Counted from the stretch's first letter, positions 26,159 through 40,578 are shown. The stretch: 64,000 nt of DNA from Raillietiella orientalis (GCA_036172245.1 JAYWIR010000038.1:682001-746000), one strand, 5' to 3'. Notes: a model not told the origin generated them from the sequence alone. Translations and numbers: made by a program.

Positions 26159-27725
26159 AAAATGAAAATCTTGGACAGTGGACCTGATCACTCTGCTGAT
26201 TAGATTCAAATTTCTGATTATTTTTCTGTTTCACTGATTTCAAGTTATTCTGTTTAACCGAGTCGCGATTGCAGCATGTACGGCAAAATGAACTCTGCTG
26301 TGACCAACTTTCCAATCCAGTATAACAGTATTTGTTTCTACAAGCTCTCATAACATATGCATCATTTGAGCTCTAGGATTCAGGCTTCTTTGCACAATTT
26401 GAGCAATTACTGGTCAATCCATCTACTATTGGTTTCCTCAACAACAGATCTTATTCCTCTCCGTTTAATTACTCCCGATGATTGATCTTAGTCACTAATC
26501 ATCGTTCCCTCAAAATTCGAATCTGAACCACTTGTATTTAACACTCTGAACACTTAAAGATACTTCAGTTCCCCCTTTTCCCGTCTAAATTTCTTCCCTT
26601 TGTGGAACAGGATCAAAACCTTAGAGTCCACTGTTTCTACAACATTCCGTATTTTCCCTATTCCTATCACTATGATCATCTTGTGGAGAGACTAAGGATT
26701 AGTAGAGAAACTTTCTGTTACGCATTAACATGAAACTCAATACAATGAATCCATTGTCCTCTTTGAGTTGAATCTGTGTATTCGGCAAACTTCTAGCGAT
26801 TATCGTATTAAGGTCTAGTTCACGAATGGTACTTCCAATTCAGCTATCATATTCAGATTTCCAATAGCACAAACAGACGTATTTCCTCATAACAGAATGC
26901 ATTGCAACATATGTTAAATTTCCAATAATCGCCATATAATTACGTGCAGCATAACTGTATCACAATTATTAGAAACATGATCTTACTCGCTGTGCTGTCT
27001 AATTTAATGGTTTCATTGATACTTATTTGCATCCCACAATTTCAATCCATGAACATCGCAGATGACGTTTCAGCATCGTTCTGCATCTCATCAACGCTTG
27101 ACCAACTGTGTCCATTTATTTCCATCAAGAAACACTTTTGAAAAAAAAAACGAGATAGTTAAAGTGTAGTCGAAAGTTTTTCTTTGAAACTTGATTACGG
27201 GACTGGAAAATAATTAGCTGTTTCCAGACATTCGAGGATTTTATTTGCAGTTGGGACTGGGAAATTGCAGTAGATGAGGTGAACCATGAGCGTCTGGCAG
27301 TATCAAGTTCTCGGATGAAGATGCGACGGACTCATACTCGAAATGCTGATGAATAGAGAGTAGATTTTGCCTAGATGCAAAATATCTGTTTTTCCTCTGT
27401 AAAATTGTAGGATTTCGGAGGTGATTTTAACAGTACATCTCTAAAATCTGTGTAGCCGAATTGTACATTGTGGGCGGCTGTATCGGAATCGAGGTCTCTC
27501 GAAGAATAGATCAGGTACTGGACAAATCAGGAGGCAAATAGCGACTCGATGATCCTGAGGACATAAGGAATTGGAAAGTTCGTCACAGTAGAGTTCATTT
27601 TGCCGTACATGCTGCAATTGTGACTCGGTTAAACAGAATAGCTTGAAATCAGTGAAACAAAAATAATCAGAAATTTGAATTTAATCATCAGAGTGATCAG
27701 GTCCACTGTCCAAGATTTTCATTTT
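26159..27725. repeat. ~160 bp inverted repeat pair (26159-26318 / 27568-27725), ~1.25 kb apart
   Basis: AAAATGAAAATCTTGGACAGTGGACCTGATCACTCTG...TTTCCAATCC is reverse-complemented, with few mismatches, at 27568-27725. No TSD seen. Confidence 0.85.
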
Positions 27726-28160
27726 CATCAAGGAACACTTTTGGAACATAGGCATGATCTAAACGAAACTTTATCCAAATTTGCATTTCCTCTTCCTTCT
27801 CCTGTGTGCTGAACCCGGGATTGGATCTTCCTAAATGTTCACCTCCTCAGATCATTTACCTAACTTCCTAATAAATATATTTATGATTTATAATACGTAT
27901 ATTAAATTTCCTCATAGAAGAAAGAACGTCACGAAAGACCATATCACATCTTTTCAGAAAGCCTCCAGTTGTTTGCGGATAAAATGTCTTGGATGTATCT
28001 TTGCTATCTATGGGATTCCATCATTTGCAGTTTTTCTCACAGCAAATGTTTCTTCCGGACAAAAACACACACATAAAAAAAAACGAGGCAGTTAAAGTGC
28101 AGTTGAGAATTTTTCTCTGGAACTTGATTACGGGACTGGAAAATAATTGGCTATTCCAAA
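27142..28160 (+). repeat. ~85 bp direct repeat pair (27142-27228 / 28075-28160)
   Basis: A-run-CGAG..AGTTAAAGTG..AACTTGATTACGGGACTGGAAAATAATT present in both. Confidence 0.8.
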
Positions 28161-30797
28161 TTCTTGGTCAACTTTACTAGGAAAATAAACTTTTCGGGTT
28201 TCGTGTCATGCAAGCAATAAATGTTTTCGGTTGTAAATGATTGAAATTATATTTATCATAGGCTTCCTGATTATAAAGCAATCACATCACGAAACAAATT
28301 CTAACAGACTTAATTTTCCAGTAAATTAATTTGAATGGATCTAATTTAGAATCCCCTACTGCAAGACCTCACTATTGTCAGAAAAGCTTTACAAGAATCT
28401 CAAAGTTTTGGATATTGGGAGTTGACGTTTCAAATATTTCCAAATCATTGTGAAATAATTCTTCTGTGAGTGTATTGTTTTCGAATCTTCAAAAAATCGA
28501 TACTCACTCTGAAAGATTTTGTTCAAAGATGCAGCAAATCGCGAATGTTTTAGTTGGCAAACCCTACAAGGGTATTTTTTCGTAGGCTAAAGGGTATTTC
28601 TCTTGGCCGTATGGGAGCTGCCATTTTTGCATCGGTAAATTCTCGTGATTCAATTGTACTGCATTTGCATTAATGATCCTCTAGTGTTTGATGTTTTACG
28701 TGTAATTCGTTTACATTGCATAAGTTAGGAAAAACATTTTGGAAAGCAAAAGGCTCGATTTACAACGGTTGCGAGTTTCCATAACTTTGAGATTACAGAA
28801 ATGAAGTTTTGAAGTTGTGCCGTGTTTTACACGTGGTATTTGTTGACTGCAGTTTAAGAATACTGTGATCAGTGCCGAGGTTACTTCCCGAATTCCCAAG
28901 AGCCATCGTTTCTGAATTTTTTTTGTGTGTTTTTCTTCTCAATTTCAGATGTCATCGAGAAAAATCGAGGAACTGTTGTCGTCGCAAAGGAACAAAAATG
29001 CACTTCTAAAAGCACGAATTCATGAATTTGAAGGTATGGTGAGAAAATTCTAATGGCACGAGATGAATTCACTTGGTTTCAATGCTAAGTAGTTTCCTTT
29101 TGTCCGATTGTGTTGTTTCGCAGAAATTGTGCAGACTCCCTCGGAAGTTTGAATTTCCGAAATGCGACGGAAGACGTGTTGATGATTGCCGTGAAAATTA
29201 ACAGAAAAAAGTGGGATGGGTGGGTTCGTTCCGAGTACATGAGCTACTTGAGCCCTACATGAGCTCGGAAACGATGCTGCGACCTTTCGTTTCGACTCCG
29301 CTTCCTTCCTCGGTCACGGGTACGGTCGCCCTGACCTTTTCACGAATTCTGAATTTCAACTTTCATCACAAATGCACGTTATGTGTAAGGGAAGCGAAAT
29401 ACAGGAAACGCGAGTAAATCTCTTTCAAACGCGAATAGAAAACTCGGGTAATTAGTATAACCGTCGATATGAATTCCTCTAGACGCCAGCTCGCAAAGAG
29501 TGAATTGACGGTTTGATGGCTTCAACTATCGTGGATAACTTGCCAGCATCTCTAAGGCACTCGAAGAAAAAAAAAAGTTGCTGACGCTGAAATAAGGAAA
29601 TGGGAAACAGGACGAAAAATTCACCCGCGTTCACTCTATCAGAGTAAGGAGATTGAGACTTTTAAATGTTGTAAAGCGTTTTTAAAAAAAAAGAATAATA
29701 GACATTGAAAATTCTTCAAGAATGCATTCATTTCTTGACTTTGCGTGGTCAATTCTAGGATGAGAAATGTGAAAACTCTCAACTGAACAAATGAATATGA
29801 TTCGAAAACGAACGAAATGGAGCTTTTTTTTTTTTTTTAGGATCAAGATAACGAAAAAATTATCGGATATTTAGAGACGGTCCTGATGAAAATCGTATTG
29901 CTAGTAACCACCTATGATGGTTCCCTTGCCGAACATAATTGAAACACGAATCAAAAGCGGAAAGGAACCTTCTTGGCAAACGGTGAGGGGAACTCGAAGC
30001 ACAAGAAGCAGCTACAAGCAGCAGCAGCTGGAATCCAATTCTGAACTGAGTGCTGCATCATAATCGAAATTTGCTCCAAAGCAGGGGGAATTTCGTCCAG
30101 AGGAACATCTATTGCACTTGCAAAATCATTCCGGAAAACCCATACAGTATAAGTGCACGAGCAGTTTGTGGCTGCCGCTTAGTACCGCTTAGTTCATGCA
30201 TCCACCGAGAAGAGGAGATACATAATCGGAAAAAGCAGAGATGAAATTACAGATGCACGAACGCTGGCGACTGTACAATGAAATGAGACCGTATATGTAC
30301 CCATAGTGCGTGCAGTGATTTAAAGCAAATGGCTCCTAACTGTAATGGGATTGCCTTTCTTTAATCAGGGAAGATATGAAGTTAACTATCGAAGAGGATC
30401 AATGTTTCCTAATTTCATAAACGGCAAAACTGAGTCTTTCAGGCGACTGCAGAGAGATGAAGCTTTACTGGAGGTACAAAATGCATATCAGTGATAATCT
30501 CCATCTCTTCTCAAAAACAGCGAGCAGCTCTCTTCTGTCCAGGGAACATAAGTTAGAAAGCAGATCCACAATTAGTTGGCATGGTTTTTTTCAAAGCAGT
30601 ACAGCAGAAGCAAAGGCGGTGAGCAACTCGGGAAAGGGTGAGAATCAATGGCAAACAAGATGTGAGTCCCGTTAAGCTTCCAAACAAAATATTCCCCATC
30701 CGATTAGGGAACTGCAACTTTGTAGAACAAGGAACTACAATCGTAATCGTAACGAGACGGCAGTATCTTCATAAACCATCATCTTCAAAAGGGCATA

Positions 30798-31745
30798 TTA
30801 TCGGCATTCAGAATTATTTTCGATAGTCTCATAGTGCCACGTATTTGATTCAATAGCACAAATGACTAAATGACAGAGTTGTCTAATCCCCGGTTTGGTT
30901 TTCTACATGTGCAAAAGGATCTCTGGTGAACAGTACGTGAACTTCATGAGAGAAGTGAGGACCCCCCCCCCCAAAAAAAAAAATGCCAGGGTCAAACTGC
31001 AAACATACACGGGGTATATATATTTTTTTCCCACATCTGTCCACGTAGGTCATTTCCACTTAGTCGGCTGTTCAGTTTTAATCTTCAGAAATTATGTTCA
31101 GGATATGTGATCAAAGAGTAAGGCATCCGAAACTGTCAGCAGAAGTAGTACCACTTAAATGTAAATCACTTAAACATAACCATGTGATTGACAGATTTAT
31201 GCGACGTTGATAATGGTTAAAGTATAATGTGATTCAGATGAACATCCTGCATCCATTTGAGGAAGGATTGTTCCTACAGAACATTTCCTCAGAGCGCAGT
31301 CTTTTTTGCTTACGACAAACGTGACAGGAAATGTCACGTTTGCTGAATCTGATGTGATGGGTGCATTTGAATTCATAATCAAAGTTGATTCAACTTCGCC
31401 ATTTTGGCGAAGTTGCCAATTATGACTGTCCACTTTATTCAAATGTCTCGATGTGCTGGCAGAAAAGGCACCAAGGGCACCAAGTGAAAATGACCTACGT
31501 GGACAGATGTGGGGAAAAAATATATATACCCCGTGTATGTTTGCAGTTTGACCCTGGCATTTTTTTTTTTTGGGGAGGGGGTCCTCACTTCTCTCATGAA
31601 GTTCACGTACTGTTCACCAGCGATCCTTTTGCAAATGTAGAAAACCAAACCGGGGATTAGACAACTCTGTCATTTAGTCATTTGTGCTATTGAATCAAAT
31701 ACGTGGCACTATGAGACTATCGAAAATAATTCTGAATGCCGATAA
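30798..31745. repeat. ~260 bp near-perfect inverted repeat (30798-31060 / 31482-31745) with ~420 bp spacer, foldback/MITE-like
   Basis: Arms are reverse complements with only a handful of substitutions. ORFs 30895+ and 31439- translate almost identically. Confidence 0.9.
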
Positions 31746-34700
31746 CGTGCTTAGTCAACCTTCTGGTCGTGTTATATATGCGATTTGAACTCCATTCTTT
31801 TTATGAAATTCGTATACGAACGGATTCAAAAAGTGATCTCCGTTCCACAATTGTATTTGGTAATTTGTATCACTTTTATCATTAGACTCGAAAATGGCCA
31901 AATGAAAAGGTCCTGAATATGTTCATTTAGCTATCTGAGCATTTTTTTTTCCTTTTTTTTAAATCTAGGGAGCTCTATGCCTATTTCTTTCTCAACGCGC
32001 TGCTTTGAGCATGTTGGATATTCGTCATACTTTCATTCGTTTGAGTCACTCATTTGAGTCATATACCTTTCCATGAGCACCACACATTCCTTCTAAGTAG
32101 TTGAGAGCCGCTTGGAAATGGAAGGAGAATGCTTGGTGTGAAAGTGCCAAAATTTCGACTGATTTCGACTGACCGAAGAATGAAATTCGAATGACCGAAA
32201 GAATGTTTTGATTATTTCTAAATAATACTTATAATTATTTTCAAGACTTGACCTCTCGTTCAGGACAGTCACATCATGAGAAAAATTTATTCCTGGAATA
32301 CAATTTACCAATGATGCATACTGACAAAACTAAGAATTCCCGACTGAAATACTGGAGTGAATCCTAATCATCGCTGCTGAGTTCAGTTATGATTTTCGAA
32401 GCAAAATGTCAACAAATTTGCAACTCAAACTTTGCAAGGTTCAAAAATAATCCGCTCATCTCCTGGTTTTCTCCAGAAATGTTCGAAATTCAGTTATCCA
32501 GTTTGTTTGTTTTTTTCTTCTTCTTCAATGCAGATGAAATCCACAAATGCATTTACAGAAAGAGATGGGGTGATGAGTGTATTTGAAAACAAAACTTGCG
32601 AAACTTGCAGAACCACACTGATATTCTGTAAGTTGCTTACTGAACATCTTATTGCACTGTAATTCGTGAATATCCTTTTAAAGTACTCAATTTTGGGCAC
32701 GATTAGTAATGAAGCAAATTAACTTATTGAAAAAAACTTCAAGGGAATTTTCTGGCTTACAAATTACAGGGCTTTCAATTTTCTATAAGCAGAATAAAAT
32801 TACAACTTGTAAATTGACAAAGGCATAAAGAAACGTGTCAAAACAGTTGGAAAAGAAAATATAATGAAGCAAGAGATCGATATGGGATGTTGTGAATTCA
32901 ATTATAGTTCTCATTAACGTTTGCAGAAAAGACAGATTTCGATATGTGAAGCAACAGGACCAACGAGATGTCTTGTGGTTATGAATCCAACTAACACTCA
33001 TAGAAAATCCATCTGCATACTTGATTGAAAAGGAAAAAAGAACAATTTTTATTATAATAGACATCCTCAAACTTTCAAAAACTCCTGCGGGAAATCACAT
33101 TAGGACATTCCAGGGGTTTCGGTCCAGAAATGAATACATTGAACTTTCACAACAGGAAGCAAAAGTCTGTAGGGAAACCTGTAGGGAATCGTTGCGACAA
33201 CTTCCAAATTACAATCCATATTTTGTTATAGCATGTACATGGCTGCAAAAACGAGTTATACCTTAATATAGCGACTATGTTTCAAGGTGCTCTACAAAGT
33301 GAAAGGAACAAATTAAATCAAGAAACTTTACTGAATGCTGCACTATCCAATTCCAATCAAAAAATGAGAAGATCGGTGCAAGAGGTTCAAGAATCATTAA
33401 ATCAACTAGGAACGGTTAACAAAACCATATTGTGAGTACATTATACAGCTTCAAAAGTCATTATTCGCATCTATTTTTGATAAGTTTCACATGTAATTCG
33501 TATTTGCTAACAAATTTAGCCCATGAATTTTTGGAAAAAATACAGCTCAAGACCTGCGTGTTATTACTAAGGCAAAAATGAAGAAAAGGAGGAATTCGTT
33601 GTTCATCGTTGAAGAATTTATAATTCCTTATGCAATACGTTGAAGAATCCTAAGAACCATCCCGAATGCTTGTATACTGTTTACCACATTACCGGTTGAG
33701 TAGAAGTTTGAGAGAAAATTGGAAAAGTGATTCACCTTTTTCCAATTCTTCTGCTTACACTGTTTCCGAATTTCCTCCTACAAATTTCGACGCGATTTGT
33801 TTTTTGAAATATTTGCAAAATGCAATCATTTTGCGTACACAGTAACTGAAGTAAAGAAGGAAGGCGTTCTGAATATTTGTAGCTTCGACTCGAAATGAAT
33901 GAACGAGTAGAATCGTTACAATCTGTTTTTGAGCACTTTTCTTCCGTTTCATGCACCCAAATTACTTTTGTAAAGAGTGCGAAGAACAAATAAGAGGACA
34001 ATCCTCGAGATATGACGGCGAAACTTTTTAAAAATTTGACTGAAAATGCAGAAAGTGGTTCTGAACAGCTGTGTTTCGATCAGGATGAACAAACAAATGG
34101 AACAGGAAGATGAACAGGGGAGATAAACCAGATCTCCTACCACCCTCGGCTCGTTTCAAGGAACCGAATTTCAGACTATTGCGGAACCTAAGATTTCGAG
34201 TTAATTTTGAAATAACGTGATTGCCAATTCGCGATAACTACATAGCATCAGTAATTTTATTTGGATTCGCAATTTCAGTCACTGTGCTCTCTGTTAGCAT
34301 AGATAATTTCATATGATGGAAAACACGACTGTTAACATTTCACTATACTTTGAAAGGATGGAGTACGAAAATCGAATGAAAACTTTTGCTGAAGATATAA
34401 GGATCTTCCATAAGTCTTACGTAAGCACTTATCCTTTTGTTTGCAATGCTCGTTTCGGTTCATATTGTAAAAACATTTACAAAACAGTAAACCCAGCCCT
34501 ACCATTGAGTTTCGTTTTTACATCTGTAGACTTTTTCTTCTACTGTGCCTGTGAAATTTGTTATACTTTGTAAGCGATTTCAGGGCGTAGAAAAATATTA
34601 AAAAAAGAAAAACCTTTCCATACATTTAAGCTGAAAAAAACAAAAACAAAAGTACACAGCATCCAATAATACATCGAGTAATGATAGGAACCAAAAGAAA

Positions 34701-37700
34701 TAATGAGAACATCAACTCGAGAAAAAATGTGTAATACAGTGATTTTTTAGATGACTTTTATGTAAACAAAGCATCCGCAAACATAATACATAATCAAAAA
34801 CAACGGGTGGTATATTAACGGACCACACGCAAAATGCGTTAGGAAAAAAAAAAAAATATTTTCCTCCTGAAATGCACTTATTTGAAAGCATTAAATAACA
34901 TAGGTCAGTACGCCACTCGTATTATAAGGAAATGCTTTGGAGTTTTTTAATTTGATGAATGAAGCCCTTTGGATTCTAAGCCAAAAATCCTTTGCAATAA
35001 CTTTTCCATTTGTTTCTCCTTGTGAATTTTTCACACGGGCGTTAATCGAAAAGGCAATTGACGAGAAGATAAATGATGGATGATTCACTCTTTCTCTTCC
35101 TCCCATCAGTTGCACTTTGCCAAGTACCAAAAACCGAATAATAATTTGCCGTGAAAACAACTACACTGAACATCTGTTTTTCCTTTCCTTTCTTTGACTG
35201 CTTGAAAACCATTCAAAAACCTCCGAGTAACTATCCATACTATCCATAGTTTCTTTCGTTAGATGATTTCAGTTTATGAAAGCAAAACACTTGGGCATTG
35301 AACATGAACTATGAAAAGGAAATGATAGCTAAGATAGTTTGTTGGTATAATCGTGTATGTACGGACTCATCATTGTAACAAGGAACCGAAGGTGCTGTCC
35401 TTCGCTATTGTACAATGACGGGAAATGGAACAAGTTAGTAGGAAAACCACAACTGTGCACACTTCCAACACGTCAGTGGATGTGGATATCTCTGAAAAAA
35501 TTATGTTTAAACAGAGCAGCAATGGAGTGGACGCTTTTCGACAACAGTTGATGGACACGAGAAGTGACCTGGCTAACGTTAAGACCACCTTGCTGGAGAC
35601 CATCGCGGAGTATGAGAACGCGAGCCCCCCGGACGATGGGTGTGTCATCGATGAGACGGATATGGAGAACGTGGAGTAAGTGGGGGAATCATGAAGATCT
35701 CCAATTAAAGGCCCCGAAATTATGTACTTTACGAATTCTTCTAGACCTTTCTTGAAGTAATAAGGTTTTCCGCACAAGTGTAATTCTGCGCGCCAAAGTG
35801 ATGAGGCATCTAAAAATTTCTCTTTTCATGCAAGGAATGATTCCATGTTCTAAAACGCCGCCGGCAACACTGGTCGCAGGAAATTTTCCACGAAATGTGA
35901 TGACCACTTCTTATGGAGTAAAACATGCACTGGTTATCAGAATTGTTTGTCGGGTTCTTGTAGGAACGCTAATGTGTTTGTCCATTGTGCGTACGACTAG
36001 GAATGGTTCAAAAGTGACTTTTAAAGAGGGAATTTATTTATCGCAAACTAAATATATATATATATGGGAACAACAACAAAAAAAGTTATTGTGTATGGTT
36101 CGCTTAGGCGAACGTGAGTAACTTTAAAAGGGATCACCGGAAAAGAAGCTTATTAACTTATGTAAACGCACGTTTAAAACATATGCTAAAAACTGTTTAC
36201 AATTGTTAAGTAACTGCAAACGTATTAAAAGTCCAACATCTAAAAATTGCAGTTTGAAGTTACGGAAGCATTTGCGTACTCACTTTTGTAAACATGCAAA
36301 TGCTGAAGTAGAATAATGGCAGTGTATTGTATAATGAGACCCGAACCAAAAATTCAAAAAGAGTACTATGCCTAAATCATGACAGAAAAATTAATTTTAT
36401 CACATAATGTAGGTTTTCAATTTCTTACGTAACAGTTAATCTGTTCCAAATAGTTTAGTGAAAAAAGTAAATGAATAAGAAAATATTAGGGTTACATGGG
36501 CTGCATTGCGATGAATTTACTTATAAAGCCAAGTATTAGATAAAAATGGATGACTGGATGTCTGTGTTTTTGATGTCGCAAGTTTCCTGTAAAAGGTGTG
36601 CAGTAATGGCAAAAACAATGTATTTGTAATTTGCTTTCTATTGATAAAGATGAGTGGATGTCAGTGTCCTTTATCATGCAGTTCTGTACTTAGTTTTTTA
36701 CCACTTTATATTATAGGCTTTGAAGTGTACCATTTTATCGGTGCAAGAAGCATATGCAGTTGTATATGTTCCTTAGGAACATCTATAATTCGGATATTAA
36801 TGGGAATAGCAAACTTAGCTTATTCCAGAGGTGTTTTCTAAGGGTTACAAATGTTCAGTTAAATGAACTACTGAGGAATAAGTGCTAAATGCGTATGTAA
36901 ACGAAACATTAATTGAACTAGTCCCAAATGAAAATTTATGTTAGGTGCTATATGTGTTCATTCTGTTAAAATGAATGACTCAAATAGTTCAATTGGGTTG
37001 TTATTTTCGGTATCGACATAAAGGCAGTAAAAGTCGATGTTTTTTTTTTATAAAATTTCAAGTATACAGGCATTAACGTCCAGGGATCATTGATGCCCAA
37101 TGAAATCTGTAAGCTGTAAATTTATAAATACGTACCAAGCACTTCGAACGTTTCAGATTGGTGACACAAATTTGTTGATCTGTATGGAACTTATGAGTTA
37201 TTTAATTATATTACTTAGATGTTTCATAGTGCATTAATTACATTTAATTTCGACTAATGTTTTTGATATCGCGATTCTTTAAGTAGTTGCTTTGCTGACA
37301 GTCTTTATTGTTTTCCTGTTTAAAGACAGCATGAATTTCAAATTTTAGGATCAACTCTATCAGTCAAAACAGTAGCCATTCAGCATTAGCCCTATCAGCC
37401 TAAGATTTCTGACACATCTCCTCCCTATTGTTGGTTATAAGAATTTTGTTCCCTTTATTATAATGCCATATTGCTTGCTTTTATTGTGCTTATTTATGTG
37501 AATTAACCTTGTACCCATACATTATTGTTTCATCAAAATAGCACTGCAGTGTAATAAAATTGTAATGATGTTATTGGAAAAAAGATACCATTAGTTATTT
37601 TAGTACTCTATCAATAGTGTTTGGCCGAAAGTGTTTTACTTCAGTATTAGTAATTTGTATGCATCAGTAATCTGTAATATTCATTTTTCAGAAAATCCTT

Positions 37701-38858
37701 AGAAAATGAAATAGAATACTTAAAAAAGACATGTAATGAAAGATTGAAGTCTACAAGTTTTCCTTAATAATACTGTTTTCAAGGCATATGGTTATGATCG
37801 GGAAATGTGTGCAAGGATATGTACATTAAAATGTAAAATTAAAGGAATGTCTTTCATTTTAAATTGCAATTCTATACAAAAATAAAAAGTTGACAAGTTT
37901 CCTTAATACATGGTGGGAAAAATGATGTGGAAATGCTATCGTGAAAGTTATCTAGTGCTTAATAAATTAACTGCATCACAATACTATGATATTATATAGT
38001 GATGATAAAACCTGAATTTTTTTCCGTTTTTAAAGAAAGTCTCTTTGGATATTTTAATTGTATATTTAAAACAGAACTTAAGAAATATCAGCATTTAGTT
38101 TATCATTGTTTGTCATAAATTGCATAGTTGCAAAAATCAGTGCAAGAATAAATGCATATAATTTAAAGTGTGCTTGACACAGAATGCTTGAATACATTTA
38201 CTATAGATGTCTTGGCAGAACAACAACTTTGGAGTTTCAGAAACATGATCCAGTTTATTGTATGTTAACTAGATTGTGTATGCATTGTATGTGCAGCAAA
38301 TGGAATGTTATTTCAAGTGTATGTGTATTACATTTAGTTCATCATATGTGCATCTTTTACCCAAAGAAATGTCCTAATGAAATGAAAGGTCTCATCTGTG
38401 TAACTGCAAACTGTACAACAAGCACATGTGCTAAACAGTAGGTTTTGTTACCACACATCTGTGACTGTTCCAAATCACATAAGAATAGTGCATATCAATC
38501 AAATACCCTATGAAGCAACAGTACACTTGAGGCAAGTTGCAAATGGAGAAAACCATATCTATACCAAAACAAACATGGACAAAAAGAATATTATAGTTTC
38601 TCTCCTTGCACAAGCTGTGCTGCTGCAATGTGAAAATCTATGCAAGATGGATTGCACAATTCATCTTGCTTGAATTACATAGTACAGTGCAATATCTATC
38701 ATAGCTGTCATCAATTATTCATCACATTACAAACGTTTACCTTATTTTCTAAAAAATGAAATGCTGTACAACAAGCACAGACTAATCAAAAATATATTAT
38801 TCATTTACAAAAATAAAATATCAAAAGTTGTAGCTTGCACCATTATAAAATTAATACA

Positions 38859-40578
38859 CTATTGCAACATTAAGTTCTGTAAGTTTCTTTGCATTACACT
38901 TTTTCTTACATCATCATACACAATCTGAATATTATGTGTATCCACAACTGTCACAAAGTGATGAAAAATATCTTTTCTTCGCTTACATGCTTGGATATAA
39001 AACTGTGCCAAAAACTGCTGGACATCATTAATGTTAAATGGATCCCCAGTAAACTGTGGAAAATAATTTTTTATATTCGATTCCTTTTTATTGAGTTTTC
39101 TTTTCAATAAATCCATCTTGCTTAAAAATAAAATTATGGATGTATTGCTAAGTAAATGATGGTTTGCAATAGTTCCAAACACCAACTGAGATTCAGAAAT
39201 TTTGTTAAGTTCTCTGGAAAAAAAAAAGAACCGAAAAAAAATTATACAACATGGTAAAAGAGTTCAGAATGGACATGCAATCACTATTTTAAAGTTTCCT
39301 CAGCTACAATCATGATAACACTCTAATTGGCTAATTCATATACCATTTTGCATACATTTCCTAAATGATACATGGGATATCTCCAAAGATCGTACAGACC
39401 ATAAAATTGGTTATTTCAAATGCAGAGAACATAGCATTGTTTTTATTTAGCATGCATAAGAAAACTTATTTTCTATCCACAAATTCTTTGTATTGACTAA
39501 GGATTAGATTTTGAGTATTAAAATTAACTCACTTTTCTTTTGAGATTGACTGATCATATTCTGTACTGGATACCAGAAAAAGTACAGCAGAAATGTTTTC
39601 AAAACATAGTATCCATTTTCTTCTTTGGGATCGCTGTCCACCAACATCAATAAAACGAAACACAATATTATTCACAGTTATAGCAAGTTCCACAATTCCT
39701 TTTGTAGCTTTTCGGATGTGCAAAACGTCATCATTTGTGGGCTGATAATCCTAAAAAAATATGCAAATGCATGATTTGCTATGAGATTAAAATGCAGAAT
39801 GCTATACATTAAACATATTCACAATGCAGGTACAAAAGCTCTTTGAAAATATTTAAAAGATTCCTAGAATCATAAAGATATTTCACGAATTATCCGCTTT
39901 GTACTTTTTTACAACAATCTGGCATACCACTATCACAAGAATATAATTTGATAATGTGTTTAGATGTAAAGGATTTCACATTTTTTAAAATTTATTACTA
40001 TTCCCCAAACTCACCTTACTAAGTATTCTTTCTAAATTATTATAAAAATAATCAATGGCTTCACTCTGAAATAGATGTCTTTCAACTGAATCCCATGCAT
40101 CACTTACCAGATGAGTTTCTTTATGTTTACTCTGCAAAAGCTTAATACTACTATCCATCCATAAAGACTTGACTGCATGAAAATATACATTTAAGTTCAA
40201 ATTGGAATGTTTATCCCACTTCATGATGCATTCTGCATTTAAACAATTTAAAGGATATTCCCACGGTATATTAAGATCTTGTTTACGTTGACACAGAATT
40301 CTCATACCTTCTATTATGTTATCATAAATATCAGTCTTAAATCCATTTAACAAATCCAGACTAAATGGAATGTGATGAATAATTCTCATTTGTTTGATAA
40401 AAGTAGATTTACCACTTCCTCCAGTACCCAAGAGAAGAAATTTCACTTCTTTTTTATAATTTTTACGTTCTCTTCGAAGGGAATTATCTATTTCCTTGCT
40501 TCTCTGCTTCAATTCTATTTCTTGAGGATTATATTTGTAATTGAAACAGCAATTAAAATACTCATGAAAATATGACAT
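38859..40578 (-). CDS. GNA12/13-like: Heterotrimeric G protein alpha subunit, G12/13 (concertina/gpa-12) family, 364 aa. Exons 40578-40108, 40065-40015, 39750-39533, 39213-38859.
   Basis: KFLLLGTGGSGKSTFIKQMRIIH, DVLHIRKATKGIVE, DVGGQRSQRRKW, C-terminal LQNLMLQ* (G12-class signature) and N-terminal CC. All introns are GT-AG and the exons sum to 1095 nt. Confidence 0.95.

Noticed and set aside
30895..31660. Two near-identical small ORFs on opposite strands
   Set aside because: By-product of the inverted repeat
36940..37770. Possible small-exon gene on the + strand
   Set aside because: Splice-like sites exist but the joins I tried hit stop codons
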